A stretch of DNA of 28,209 nucleotides, from contig DAIDJN010000077.1 in NCBI GenBank assembly GCA_027451365.1, forward strand, positions 1 to 28,209. Reading direction: 5' to 3'. A program made the position numbers and the translations under genes. Below, piece by piece: positions 27,528 through 28,209 of this stretch; position 1 is the stretch's first letter; the number at the start of each line of letters is the position of its first letter. Under the pieces are notes generated by a model. The model ran no database searches. It was not told where the DNA came from and was given only the letters and a program-made list of their open reading frames with translations. Source of the DNA: Phycisphaerales bacterium. Lineage in GTDB: Bacteria > Planctomycetota > Phycisphaerae > WQYP01.

Positions 27528-27890
27528 ATGGCCTTCGCTTTTGAAAAACTCATCGTCTACCAGAAAGCCATTTCCTACGGCGACTGCATTTGCGCCATAA
27601 CCGAAAAGTTCCCGCGCGGCTACGGCTTCCTTTCCGACCAACTCAACCGCGCATCCGTTTGCATCACCGCCAATATTGCCGAAGGCAATGGACGCTTTAC
27701 AATTCCTGATCGTAAAAACTTCTTCATGATTGCCAGAGGCTCCGTGCAGGAATGCGTGGCGCTAATGGAAATCGCTTTCCGCCGCAAATTGGTGGCCGCA
27801 GACGCCCATTGTCGACTCCGTTCTGATCTGGAAGAAATTTCCAAAATGCTCTCCGGACTGATCAACGGCTTGGAAAACCGAAAAGCGTAG
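27528..27890 (+). CDS. Four helix bundle protein (TIGR02436 / 23S rRNA intervening-sequence protein family, Avd-like fold)
   Basis: FEKLIVYQKA, FP, LSDQLNRASVCITANIAEGNGR, FFMIARGSVQEC and ISKMLSGLI family motifs. RBS GGAG at 27519-27522. Confidence 0.92.
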   Translation: MAFAFEKLIVYQKAISYGDCICAITEKFPRGYGFLSDQLNRASVCITANIAEGNGRFTIPDRKNFFMIARGSVQECVALMEIAFRRKLVAADAHCRLRSDLEEISKMLSGLINGLENRKA

Positions 27891-28068
27891 GGAGAATTTT
27901 CCGCTAGGCCCTCCGCGCGATCGCCGCTGCATACCTTGTCATCGCCTTGTTCGGCCGGATATCAATCCACTGCTCAATCGGTACTCTATTCATACGTCGA
28001 AATGATACCCGACAAGGCGCAGGGGATTAACCCTCATCCCCCGAACCCCCTTCTCTCTCTTCTCCCTC

Positions 28069-28209
28069 TTGGAGTTTCCCCACTTTGTATAAAGTCGCGA
28101 GGAATCCTCGACGGCACCTTCAGGTGCCGAGGGCGGCTCTTGAGCAGGCGGGTGGGACTGGCGTTTCATCTCGGCGAAAAAGCGTCCTGCGTATTATGCT
28201 TCAGTCCAT
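28069..28209. repeat. Right copy of the 141-bp perfect inverted repeat; probable multicopy element end at the contig edge
   Basis: Exact reverse complement of 1..141. Begins TTGGAGTTTCCCCACTTTGTATAAAG. Confidence 0.9.

Noticed and set aside
1..28209. Linear plasmid or phage with terminal inverted repeats
   Set aside because: The content is core chromosomal genes (rpsD, ftsY, nusB, greA, tRNA) with no replication, terminal-protein or virion genes. The 141-bp length matches an assembler k-mer.

Overview
A bacterial chromosomal segment of mostly housekeeping genes. The gene styles (stand-alone rpsD, TPR-YggX fusion, large ResB/CcsA, ribH-nusB-ftsY, orphan nuoI) suggest Planctomycetota, probably Phycisphaerae; this is an inference, not a database result. 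Genes: rpsD, a membrane flippase-like protein, rsmB, a Tat-exported GH116, TPR-YggX, greA, a TonB-like protein, a LysM protein, 5-formyl-THF cyclo-ligase, an orphan UreF-like protein, system II cytochrome c biogenesis (resB-like and ccsA), a PhoB/PhoR-like two-component system, ribH, nusB, a CLC-CBS protein, ftsY, nuoI, a secreted hypothetical protein, mbfA, tRNA-Pro(CGG) and a four-helix-bundle (TIGR02436/Avd-like) gene. Two non-coding features stand out. (1) Directly behind tRNA-Pro is an exact 194-bp-period tandem array (2.6 units) of a structured module. It shows compensatory base changes and interleaved stems. Units 1-2 contain a truncated copy of the four-helix-bundle gene start, and unit 3 leads into the intact gene. 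This is the best candidate for an undescribed RNA-plus-protein system. (2) The first and last 141 bp of the window are perfect reverse complements, most likely the same end of a multicopy element at both contig breaks. Several start codons were moved downstream of the ORF-track starts using RBS and domain evidence.
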